From assembly GCF_009914755.1 (NCBI RefSeq), contig NC_060937.1: a DNA stretch of 64,000 nucleotides; one strand, 5' to 3'. The notes beneath the pieces are model-generated. The model saw nothing but the letters and a program-made list of their open reading frames with translations, searched no databases and was not told where the DNA came from. Shown piece by piece: positions 1 through 14,000 of this stretch; within the stretch, counting starts at the first letter, position 1, and the number at the start of each line of letters is the position of its first letter. A program made the position numbers and the translations under genes. This DNA comes from the human T2T-CHM13v2.0 reference genome, Homo sapiens.

Positions 1-3000
1 AAACACTCTTTTTGTAGAATCTGCAAGTGGACTTTTGGAACGCTTTATGGCCTATGGTAGAAAAGGAAATATCTTCACATAAAATCTAGGCAGAAGCAAT
101 CTGAGAAACTTCTTTGTGATGTGTGCATTCATCTCACATAGTTAAAGTTATCTTTTGATTGAGCAGTTTTGAAACTCTCTTATTGTACTATCTGCAAGTG
201 GACATTTGGAGAGCTTTGAAGCTTATGGTGGAAAAGGAAATACCTTCATATAAAAATTAGATAGAAGCATTCTGAGAAACTTCTTTGTGATGTGTGCATT
301 CATGTCCCAGAGATAAACCTTTCTTTTGAAGGACCAGTTTTGAAGTACTCTTTTTGTAGAATCTGCAAGCGGACACCTTGAGCGCTTTGAGGCCTATATT
401 GGAAAAGGAAATATCATCACATAAAAACTAGACAGAAGAATTCTGGGAAACTTCTTTTTGTTATGGGCGTTCATATCTCTGAGTTGAACTTTTCTTTTGA
501 TTGAATGGTTTGGAACACTCTTTCTGTAGAATCTGCAAGTGGACATTTGGAGCACCTAGCGACTTAAGGTGGAAAAGGAAATATCTTCACATAAAATCCA
601 GACAGAAGCAATCTGAGAAACTTCTTTATGATATGTGTATTCATCTCAAAGGGTTAACCCTTTCTTTTGATTGAGCTGTTTTGAAACTCTCTTTTTGTAG
701 AATCTGCAATTGGACATTTCTATCGCTTAGAGGCCTATGGTGGAACAGGGTATATCTTCACATAAAAACTAGACAGAAGAATTCTGAGAAACATCTTTGT
801 GATGTGGGCATTCATCTCACAGAGTTGAACCTTTCTTTTGATTGAGCAGTTTGGAAATACACATTTTGGACTCTGCAAGTGGACATTTGGAGCGCTTTGC
901 GGCCTATGGTAAAAAAGGATATATCTTCACATAAAATCTAGACAGACGTAATTTGAGAAATTTCTTTGTGATGTGCACATTCATCTCACAGAGTTCAACA
1001 TTTCTTTTGATTTAGCAGTTTAGAAACTCTCTTTTTGTAGAATCTGCTGTTGGACATTTTGAGCCCTTTGAGGTCAGTGGTGGAAATGGGAATATCTTCC
1101 CATAAAAACTGGACAGAAGAATTCTGAGAAACTTCTTTGTGATGTATGTGTTCATCTCACAGAGCTGAAACTTTCCTTGGATTGAGCAGTTTGGAAACCC
1201 TTCGTTTGTACAATCAGCAAGTGGACACTTGGGTCACTTTGCACCCTATGGTAGAAAAGGAAATATCTTCACATAAAATCTAGACAGAAGCAATCTGAGA
1301 AACTTCTTTGTGATGTGTGCATTCATCTCACAGGGTTAAACTTTTCTTTTGATGGAGCAGTTTTGAAACTTTCTTTTTGTATTATCTACTAGTGAACATT
1401 CGGAGCACTTTGAGGCCTATGGTGGAACAGGAAATACCTTCACATAAAAACTAGACAGAAGAATTCTGAGAAACTTCTTTGTGGTGTGTGCATTCATCTC
1501 ACATACTTGAAACTTTCCTTTGGTTGAGCAGTTTGGAAACCCTCTTTTTGTTGAATCTGCAAGTGGACTTTTGGAGGGCTTTGCAGCCTATGGCAGAAAA
1601 GGAAATATCTTCACATAAAATCTAGACAGAAGCAATATGAGAAACTACTTTTTGATGTGTGTTTTCACCTCACAGATTTAAAGCTTTCTTTTGATTGAGC
1701 AGTTTTGAAACTCTGTTTTTGTAGAATCTGAAATTGGACATTTGGAGCATTTTGCGGCCTGTGGTAGAAAGGGAAATATCTTCACGTAAAATCTGACAGA
1801 AGCAATCTGAGAAGCTTCTTAGTGTTGTGTGCATTCATCTCACAGACTTAAACCTTTCTTTTGATTAAGCAGTTTTGAAATTCTCTTTTTGTAGAATCTT
1901 CAAGTGGACATTTGGAACACTTTGATGCCTATTGTGGAAAAGGAAATATCTTCACATAAAAACTATACAGAAGAATTCTGAGACATTTCTTTGTGATGTG
2001 TGCGTTGATCTCACAGAGTTGAACCTTTCTTTTGATTCAGCAGTTTGGAAACACTCTTTTTCTAGAATCTGCAAGTGGACATTTGGAGCACTTTGGGGCC
2101 TATGGTAGAAAAGGAAATATCTTCACATAAAATCTAGACAGAAGCAATCTGAGAAACTTCTTTCTGATGTGTGCGATCATCTCACAGGGTTGAAACTTTC
2201 TTTTGATTGAGCAGTTTGGAAATACTCTTTTTGTAACATCTGAAAGTGGACATTTGGAGCGCTTTGAGGCCTGTGGTGGAAAAGCAAAATCTTCATATAA
2301 AAACTAGACAGAATAATTTTGAGAAACTTCTTTGTAACGCGTGCATTAACCTCACAGAGTTGAACATTTCTTTTGATGTAGCAGTTTGGAAATTGCTCTT
2401 TTTGTAGAATCTGCAAGCAGACATTTGGAGCGCTTTTGGGCCTATTTTAGAAAAGGGAATATTTTCACACAAAAACTAGACAGAAGAATTCTGAGACACT
2501 TCTTTGTGATGTGTGCGTTCATCTCACAGAATTGAAACTTTCTTTTGATTGAGCAGTTTGGAAACAGACTTTTTGTAGAATCTGTAAGGGGACATTTTGA
2601 GCGCTTTGAGGCCTATGGTGGAAAAGGAAATATCTTCAAATAAAAACTAGACAGAAGAGTTCTGAGAAACATCTTTGTGATATGTGCCTTCATCTCACAG
2701 AGTTAAAGCTTTCTTTTCACTGAGCAATTTGGAAACACTCTTTTTGTAGAATCTGAAAGTGGACATTTGGAGCACTTTGAGGCCTGTAATGGAATATGAA
2801 ATATCCTAGACAGAGTTTTGTGGCCTTCAGTAGAAACGGAAATATCTTCACATAAAATCTAGACAGAAGAAATCTGAGAAACTTCTTAGTGATGTTTGCA
2901 TTCATCCCACAGATTTAAACTTTTCTTTTGATGGAGCAGTTTTGAAAATCTATGTTTGTAATATCTGCAAGTGGAGATTTTGAGTGATTTGAGGCCTATG

Positions 3001-3813
3001 GTGGAAAAGGAAATATCTTCACATCAAAGGTAGACAGAAGAATTCCGAGATACTTCTTTGTGATGTGTGAGTTCATCTCACAGGATTGAAACTTTCTTTT
3101 CATTGAACTGTTTGGAAACACTCTTTTTGTAGAATCTGCAAGTGGATATTTGGAGCGCTTTGTGGCCTATGGTAGAAAAGGAAATATCTTCACGTAAAAA
3201 CTATATAGACGCATTCTGGGAAACTTCTTTGTGATGTGTATGTTCATCTCACAGATTTGAACCTTTCTTTGGATTGAGCATTTTGGAAACACTCTTTTTG
3301 TAGAATCTGCAAGAAGCAATCTGTGAAACTTCTTTGTGATTTGTGTATTGATCTCACAGAGTTAACCCTTTCTTTTGATTGAGCAGTTTTTAAACTCTCT
3401 TTTTGTCGAATCTGCATTTGTACATTTGGAAGGCTTTGTGACATATGGTGAAAAAGGATTTATCTTCTCATAAAATCTAGAAAGACAAATTCTGAGAAAC
3501 CACTTTGTGATGTGTGCGTTCCTCTCACAGAGTTGAAACTTTCTTTTGTTTGGGCCGTTTGGAAACACTCTTTTTGTTGAATCTGCAAGTGGACATTTGG
3601 AGCACTTTGCGGCCTGTGGCAGAAAAGGAAATATCTTCACATAAAATCTAGACAGAAGTAATCTGACATAATTCTTTTTGATGTGAGAATTCATCTGACA
3701 GAGTTAAACATTTTTTTTTTGATGAAGCAGTTTTGAAACTATTTTTGTACGATCTGCAAGTGGACATTTGGAACACTTTGAGGTCTATGGTGGAAAAGGA
3801 AATATATTCAAAT

Positions 3814-4701
3814 AACAAATTTACAAGAAAACAACAAACAACCCCATCTAAAAGTCGGCGAAGGACATGAACAGACACTTCTCAAAAGAAGACATTTATG
3901 CAGCCAAAAAACACATGAAAAAATGCTCATCATCACTGGCCATCAGAGAAATGCAAATCAAAACCACAATGAGATACCATCTCACACCAGTTAGAATGGC
4001 AATCATTAAAAAATCAGGAAACAACAGGTGCTGGAGAGGATGTGGAGAAATAGGAACAATTTTACACTGTTGGTGGGACTGTAAACTAGTTCAACCATTG
4101 TGGAAGTCAGTGGGACGATTCCTCAGGGATCTAGAACTGGAAATACCATTTGACCCAGCCATCCCCTTACTAGGTATATGCCCAAAGGACTACAAATCAT
4201 GCTGCTACAAAGACACATGCACACGTATGTTTATTGCCGCACTATTCACAATAGCAAAGACTTGGAACCAACCCAAATGTCCAACAATGTTAGACTGGAT
4301 TAAGAGAATGTGGCATGTGTACACCATGGAATACTATGCAGCCATAAAAAATGATGAGTTCATGTCCTTTGTAGGGACATGGATGAAATTGAAAATCATC
4401 ATTCTCAGTAAACTATCACAGAACAAAAAACCAAACACCGCATATTCTCACTCATAAGTGGGAATTGAACAATGAGAACACATGGACACAGGAAGGGGAA
4501 CATCACACTCTGGGGACGGTTGTGTGGTGGGGGAGGGGGGAAGGATAGCATTGGGAGATATACCTAATGCTAGATGACGAGTTAGTGGGTGCAGCACACC
4601 AGCATGGCACATGTATACATATGTAACTAACCTGAACAATGTGCACATGTACCCTAAAACTTAAAGGATAATAATAAAAAAATAAAAATAATAAAAAAAA
4701 A
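3814..4701 (+). mobile_element. 5'-truncated L1 (L1PA2/3-like): ORF2 C-terminus, 3'UTR and A-tail, inserted in alpha satellite
   Basis: ORF 3867-4457 is the ORF2p C-terminal cysteine-rich region ([19 protein letters not shown]). 3'UTR has GATGACGAGTTAGTGGG (GAG type) and ACAATGTGCAC. A-rich tail 4668-4701. Confidence 0.95.
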
Positions 4702-7700
4702 CTAGACAGAAAAATTCTGAGAAACTTCTTTGTGATGCATGCATTCATCTCACAGAGTTGAACCTTTCTTTTGATTGAGCAATTTTTAAACGCTCTTTTT
4801 GTAGTATCTGCAAGTGGACATTTATAGCACTTTGTGGCCTATGGTAAAAAAGGAAATACCTTCACATAAAATCTATACAGAAGCGATCTGAGAAACTTCT
4901 TTGTGATGTGTGCCTTCATCTCACAGAGTTGAGCTTTTCTTTGGATTGAGCGCTTTGGAAACTCTCTTTTTGTAGAATCTGCAAATGGACATTTGGAGCG
5001 CTTTCTGGCCTATGGTAGAAAAGGAAATATCTTCACATGAAATCTAGACAGAAGCAATCTGAGAAACTTCTTTGGGATGTGTGCCTTCATCTCACAGAGT
5101 TAAATCTTTCTTTTGATAGAGCAGTTCCGAAACTCTCTTTTTGCAGAATCTGCAAGTGGATATTTGGAGCAATTTGAGGCCTATGGTGGAAAAGGAAATA
5201 TCTTCAAATAAAAACTACACAGAAGAATTCTGACAAACTACTCTGTGATGTGTGCATTCATCTCACATAGTTGAACTTTCTTTCAATTGAGCAGGTTGGA
5301 AACATTCTTTTTGTAGCTGCATGTGGACATTTGCAAAGGTTTGAGGCCTATGGCGGAAAAGGAAATATCTTCACATAAAAACTAGACAGAGGAATTCTGA
5401 GAAACTTCCTTGTGTTGTGTGTGTTCATCTCACAGAGTTGAAACTTTCTTTTGATTGAGCAGTTTGGAAACACTCTTTTTGTAGAATCTGCAAGTGGATA
5501 TTTGGAGCGCTTTGCGGCCTATTGTAGAAAAGGAAATACCTTCACATAAAATCCAGACAGAAGCAATCTGAGAAACTTCTTTGTGGTGTGTGCGTTCATC
5601 TCAGAGTTAACACTTTCTTTTGATTGTGCAGTTTTGAAACTCTCTTTTTGTAGAATCTGCAAGTGGACATTTGGAGTGCTTTGAGGCCTTTGGTGGAAAA
5701 GGACATATCTTCACATAAAAACTACACAGAATAATTCTGAGAAACTTTTTGTGATGTGTTATACCTTTCTCACAAAGTTGAACTTTTCATTTGATTCAGC
5801 AGTTTGGAAACACTCTTTTTGTAGAATCTACAAATGGACATTTGGATTGCTTTGTGGCCTATTGTAGAAAAGGAAATATCTTCACTTAAAATCTAGACAA
5901 AAGCAATCTCACAAACTTCTTTGTGATGTGTGCATTCGTCTCAAGGAGTTAAACCTTTATTTTCATTGAGTAGTTTTGAAACTCTCTTTTGTAGAATCTG
6001 CAAGTGGACATTTGGAGTGCTTTGAGGCCTATAGTGCAAAAGGAAATATCTTCACATAAAAACTAGATAGAAGCATTCTGAGAAACTTCTTTGTGATGTG
6101 TGCATTCATCTCTCAGAGTTGAAGCTTTCTTTTGGTGGAACAGTTTTGAAATACTCTTTTTGTAGAATCTGCAAGTGGACATTTTGAGAGCCTTCAGGCC
6201 TAAGGTGGAAAAGGAAGTATCTTCATATAAAAACTAGACAGAAGAATTCTGACAAACTTCTTTGTGATGAGTGCGTTCATCTCTCAGAGTTGAACATTTC
6301 TTTTGATTAAGCAGTTTGGAAACACACTTTTTGTAGAATCTGCAAGTGGACATTTGGAACACTTTGTGGCCTATGGTAGAAAAGGAAATATCATCACATA
6401 AAATCCAGACAGAAGCAATCTGAAAGACTTCTTTGTTATGTGTGCATACATCTCACACAGTTAAACTTTTTTTTGATTGAGCAGTTTTGAAACTCTCTTT
6501 TTGTAGAATCTGCAAGTGGACATTTGGAGCGATTTGGGGCCTGTGGTGGAAAAGAAATTATCTTCACATAAAAACAAGGCAGAAGAATTCTGAGAAACTT
6601 CTTTGTGATGTGTGCATTCATCTCCCAGATTTGAACCATTCTTTTGACGGACCAGTTAGGAAATACACTTTTTGTAGGATATGCAAGCGTACATTTGTAG
6701 CGCTTTAAGGCCTATGGTGGAAAAGGAAATATCTTCATATAAAAACTAGTCAGAAGAATTCTGAGACACTTCTTTGTGATGCGTGCATTCATCTCACAAG
6801 GTTGAACCTATCTTATGATTGAGCAGTATTGAAACACTCTCTTTCTAGAATCTGCAAGTGGATATTTGGTGTGCTTTGAGGCCTACTGTGGAAAAGGAAA
6901 TATCTTCACATAAAAACTACACAGAAACCCTCTGAGAAACTTCTTTGTGATATGTGGATTAATCTCACAGTGTTCAACCTTTATTTTGATTGAGCAGTTT
7001 TGAAACACTGTTTTTGTAGAATCTGTAAGTGCATATACGGAGCCCCTGGAGGCCTACGGTGGAAAAGCATATATCTTCACATAAAAACTGCACAGAAGCA
7101 TATTGAGAAATTTCTTTGTGATGTGTACATTCATCTCACAGAGTTGAACTTTCTTTTTATTGAGCAGTTTTGAAACACTCTTTTTGTAGTATCTGTAAGT
7201 GGATATTTGGAGCACTTTGAGGCCTATTGTGGAAAAGGAAATATGTTCACATAAAAACTACAGAGAAGCATTCTGAGACACATCTTTGTGATGTTTGCAT
7301 TCAACTCACAGAGTTGTACCTATCTTTTGATTAAGCAGTTTTGCATCTCTCTTTTTGTAGAATCTGCAAGTAGATAATTGGAGCCCTATGCCACCTACGG
7401 AGGAAAAGGAGATATCTTCAAATAAAAACTACACAGAGGCATTCTGAGAAACTTCTTTGTGATGTGTGTTTTTGTCTCACAGAGTTGTACCTATCTTATG
7501 ATTAAGCAGTTTTGAAACACTCTTTGTAGAATCTGCAAGTGGATACTTGGAGTGCTTTGAGGCCTACTATGGCAAAGAAATATCTTCACATAAAAACTAC
7601 ACAGAAGCATTCTGAGAAACTTTGTGATGTGTGCATTCATCTCACAAAATTCCAACTTTCTTTTGATTCAGCAGTTTTCAAACACTGTTCTTGTAGAAAC

Positions 7701-9903
7701 TGTAAGTCAGTATTTGCAGGGTTTTGAGGCTTACCACTGAAAAGCAAATAGCTTCACATAAAAAATACACAGAACCATTCTGAAAAACTTCTTTGTGATG
7801 TGTGCATTCATCTCACGGGTTTGAACCTATCTTACGATTGAGCAGTTTTGAAACATTGTCTTTCTAGAATCTGCAAGTGGATATTTGGAGCGCTTTGAGG
7901 CTTACTGTGGAAAAGGAAATATCTTCACATAAATACTACACAGAAGCATTCTGAGAAACGTATTATTGATGTGTGTATTCAACTCACAGTGTTGAACCTC
8001 TCTTTTCATCGAGCAGTTTTGAATCTGTCTTTTTGTAGAATCTGCAAGTGGACATTTGGAGCCCTTTCTGACATATGGAGGAAAAGGAAATATCTTTCAA
8101 TAAAAACTACACAGAAGCATTCTCAGAAACTTGTTTGATGTGTACATTCATCTCAGAGAGTTGAAACTTTCTTTTGTTTGAGCAGTTTTTAAACACTCTT
8201 TTTTTAGAAATTGCAAGTGGATATTTGGAGTGCTTTGAGGCCTATTATGGTAAAGGAAATATCTTCACATAAAAACTACACAGAAGCATTCTGAGAAACT
8301 TCTTTGTGATGTGTGCATTCATCTCTCAGAGTTGAAACTGACTTTTGATTGAGCAATTTTAAAATACTCTTTTTGTGGAATCTGCAAGTGGATATTTGGA
8401 GCATTTTGGGGCCTATTGTGGAAAAGGAAATATCTTCACATAAAAAGTACACAGAGGAAATCTGATAATCTTCTTTGTGATGTGAGCATTCCACTCACAG
8501 TGTTGAAAATTTCTTTTCATTGATCAGTTTTGAAACACTCTTTTTGTATAATCTGCAATTGGATATTTGGAGCGCTTTGAGGTCTATGGTGGAAAAGGAG
8601 ATATTTTCACATAAAAACTACACAGTTGCATTCTGAGAAACTTCTTTGCTTTGTGTGCTTTCATTTCACAGAGTTGAAACTTTCTTTTGATTTAGCAGTT
8701 TGGAAAAACTCCTTTTTTAGAATCTGCAAGTGGATATTTGGAGGGCTTTCAGGCCTAGTTTTGAAAAGGAAATATCTTCACATAAAACCTACGAAGAAGG
8801 ATTCTGAGAAACTTTTTAGTGACATATGCATTCAAATCACAGAGTTGAACATATCCTTTGATTGAGCAGTTTTGAAACTCTCTTTTTGTAGAATCTGGAA
8901 GTAGGTATTTGGAGCCGTTTGTGGCCTGCTGTTGAAAAGGGAATATCTTCAGATAGAAACTACACAGAAGCATTCTGAGAAACTTCTTTGTGACGTGTGC
9001 ATTCATCTCACAGAGTTGAACATTTCCTTTGAGCAGTTTGGAAACACTCTTTTTGTAGAATATGCAATTGGATATTTGGAGCCATTTGTGGCATATGGTG
9101 GAAAAGGAAATGTCTTCACGTAAAAACTACACAGAAGCATTCTGAGAAAGTACTTTTTGATGTGTGCATTCATCTCACTGAGTTGAAACTTTCTTTTGAT
9201 TGAGCAGTTTGGAAACATCTTTTTGTAGAATCTGCAAGTGGATATTTGGAGCGCTTGGAAGCCTATGGTGGAAAAGGAAATACCTTCACATAAAAAAAGA
9301 AAAACACAGCCGTCTCAGAAACTTCTTTGTGATGTATGCATTCAACACACAGATTACAACCAATCTTTTGATTGAGCAGTTTTGAATCTCTCTTTATGTA
9401 GAATCTCCAAGTGGATACTTGGAGTGCTTTGAGGCCTGCAGTGGAAAAGGAAATAGCTTCACATTAAAAGTATACAGAGCATTCTCAGAAACTCCTTTGT
9501 GTGTGCGTTCATCTCACAGAGTTGAATGCTTCTTTTTATTGAACAGTTTGGAGACACTCTTTTTGAAGAATCTTCAAGTGGATATTTGGAGCACTTTGGA
9601 GCCTATGGTGGAAAAGGGAATATCTTCACATAAAAACTTGTACACAGAAGCATTCTGAGAAACATCTTTGCGATGTGTGCATTCATCTCATAGAGTTGAA
9701 CTTTTCTTTTGACTGAGCAGTTTTGAAAAACTCTTTTTCTAGAATCTGTGGATTCTAGTGGATATTTGGAACACTATCAAGGCTATTGTGTAAAAGGAAA
9801 TATCTTCACATAAAAACTAAACAGAAGCATTATGAGAAACTTTTTCAAGATGTGTACATTCAACTCACAGAGTTGAAGCTATCTTTTTATTGAGCAGTTT
9901 TGA

Positions 9904-11045
<1,142 letters not shown>

Positions 11046-14000
11046 CTACACAGAAGAATTATGAGAAACTTTTTCATGATGTGTACATTCAACTCACAGC
11101 GTTGAACCTATCTTTTTATTGAACAGTTTTGAAACTCTCTTTTTCTACAATCTGGAAGTGGATATTTGGAGCCCTCTAAGGCCTACGTTGGAAAAGGAAA
11201 TATCTTCACATAAAAACTACACAAAAGCATTCTGAGAAACTTCTTTGTGATGAGTGCATTCATCACCCAGGGTTGAACCTTTCTTTTGATTGAGCAGTTT
11301 TAAAACACTCTTTATGTAGTATCTGAAAGTGGATATTTGGAGTGATTTGAGGCCTATTTTGGAAAAGGAAATATCTTCACATAAAATCTACACAGAAGCA
11401 TTCTGAGAAACTTCTTTGTGATATGTGCATTCAGCTCACAGAGTTGAACCTATCTTTTGAGTGAGCAGTTTTGAAACTCTCTTTTTGTAGAATCTGCAAG
11501 TGGATATTTGGAGCCCTTTGTGGCCTATGGTGGAAAAGGAAATATGTTCATAAAAAAACTACACAGAAGGATTCTGAGAAACTTTTTTGTGATGTGTGCA
11601 TTCATCTCACAGAGTTGAAACTTTCTTTTGATTGAGCAGTTTTAAAACCCTCTTTTTGTAGAATCTCCAAGTGGGTATTTGGGGGGCTTTGAGGCCTATT
11701 GTGAAAAGGAAATATCTTCACACAAAAAATACACAGAAGCATTCTGAGAAACTACTTTGTGTTATGTGCATTCACCTCACAGAGTTGAACCTTGCTTTTG
11801 ATTGAGCAGTTTGGAAACACTCTTTTTGTAGAATCTACAGGTAGATATTTGGAGCGCTTTGACGCCTATTGTGGAAAAGCATGTATCTTCACATAAAAAC
11901 TACACAGAAGCATTCTGAGAAACTTCTTTGTGATGTGTGCATTCAACTCACACAATTGAACCTATCTTTTGATTGAGCAGTTTTGAATCTCTCTTTTTGT
12001 AGAATCTGGAATTGGATATTTGGAGCGCTTTGAGGTCTTTTGTGGAAAATGAAGTATCTTCATCAAAAACTACACAGAATCATTCTGAGATACTTCATTT
12101 TGATGTGTGCATTCATCTCACAGAGTGGAACCTTTCTTGTGATTCAGCAGTTTTATAACATGCTTTTAGTCGAATATGCAAGTGGATATATGGGGTGCTT
12201 TGATGCCTATTGTGGAAAACAAAATATCTTCACATGAAAACTACACAGAAGCATTCTGAGAAACTGCTTTTTGATGTGGGCATTCTTCTCACAGAGTTGA
12301 ACCTTTGCTTTGATTGAGCAGTTTTGAAAAACGCTTTTTGTGGTATCTGCAAGTAGATATTTGGAGCGCTTTGAGGCCAATTGCGGAAAAGGAAATATCT
12401 TCACATAAAAACTACACAGAAACATTCTGAGAAACTTCTTTGCGATGTGTGCATTCCTCCCACAGAGTTGAACCATTCTTTTCATTGAGCAGTTTTGTAA
12501 CAATCTTTTTTAGAATCTGCAAATGGATAATTGGAAAGCTTTGAGGCCTATTATGGAAAAGGAAATTTCTTCACATAGAAACTACACAGTAGAATTCTGA
12601 GAAACTTCTTTGTGATGTGTGCATTCAACTCACAGAGTTAAATCTTTCTTTTGATTAACCAGTTTGGAAACATTCTTTTTGTAGAATCTCCAAGTGGATA
12701 TTTGGAGCCTTTTGCAGCCTACGGTGGAAAAGGAAATATTTTCACATAAAAACTACACAGAACCATTTGGAGAAACTTCTTTGTGGTGTGTGCATTCATC
12801 TGACACAGTTGAACCTTTCTTTTGATTGAGCAGTTTTGAAACACTCTTTTGTAGAATCTGCAAGTGGATATTTGGAACACTTTGATGGCTATTGTGTAAA
12901 AGGAAATATCTTCACATAAAAACTACACAGGAACATTCAGAAAACTTTCTTTTGATGTGTGCATTCATCTCACAGAGTTGAACCTTTCTTTTGAATGAGC
13001 AGTTTTGAAACACTCTTTTTGTAGAATCTGCAGGTGGATATTTGCAGCGCTGTGAGGCGTACTGAGGAAAAGGAAATTTTCACATAAAAAATACACAGAA
13101 GCATTCTTAGAAACTTATTTGTGATGTGTGCATTCAACTCACGGAGTTGAACCTATCTTTTGATGAGCAGTTTTGAAACTCTCTTTTTTTGGAATCTGCA
13201 TGTGGATATTTGGAGCGCTTTGGGGCCTATGGTGTAAAAGGAAATATCTTCACATAAAAGCTACACAGAAGCATTCTGAGAAACTTCTTTGTGATGTGTG
13301 CATTCAACTCACAGAGTTGTACTTATCTTTTTATTGAGGAGTTTTGAAACTCTCTTTTTGTAGAATCTGCAAGTGGATAGTTAAAGCCCATTGCAGCCTG
13401 TGGTGGAAAAGGAAATATCTTCAGATAAAAAATACACAGAAGCATTCTGAGAACTTTATTTGCGATGTGTGCATTCATCTCACAGATTTGAACCTTTCTT
13501 TTGATTGAGCAGTTTTGAAACACTCTTTCTATAGTATCTGCTAGTGGATATTTGGAGCGCTTTGAGGGCAATCGTGGAAAAGTAAATATCTTCACATAAA
13601 AACTACACAGAAACATTCAGAAAACTTTCTTTTGATGTGTGCATTCATCTCACAGAGTTGAAACTTTCTTTTGATTGAGCAGTTTTGAAACACTCTTTTT
13701 GTAGAATCTGCAAGTGGATATTTGCAGCGCTTTGAGGACTATTGTGAAAAAGGAAATATCTTCACATGAAAACTACCTAGAAGCATTCTCAGAAATGTCT
13801 TTTGACGGGTGCATTCATCTCAAAGGGTGCTTTGCGGCCCATTGTGGAAAACAAAATATCGTCACATAATAACTACACAGAAGCATTCTGAGAAACTTCT
13901 TTGTGATTTGTGCATTCATCTCACAGAGTTGTAACTTTCTTTTGATAGAGCAGTTTGGAAGCACTCTTTTAGTATAATCTACAAGAGGATATTTAGAGCA

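Noticed and set aside
11182-11200. CTACGTTGGAAAAGGAA (and CTTCAGTAGAAACGGAA at ~2825) resembling a CENP-B box
   Set aside because: Both lack the required TTCG....A..CGGG core; they are mutated A-boxes.
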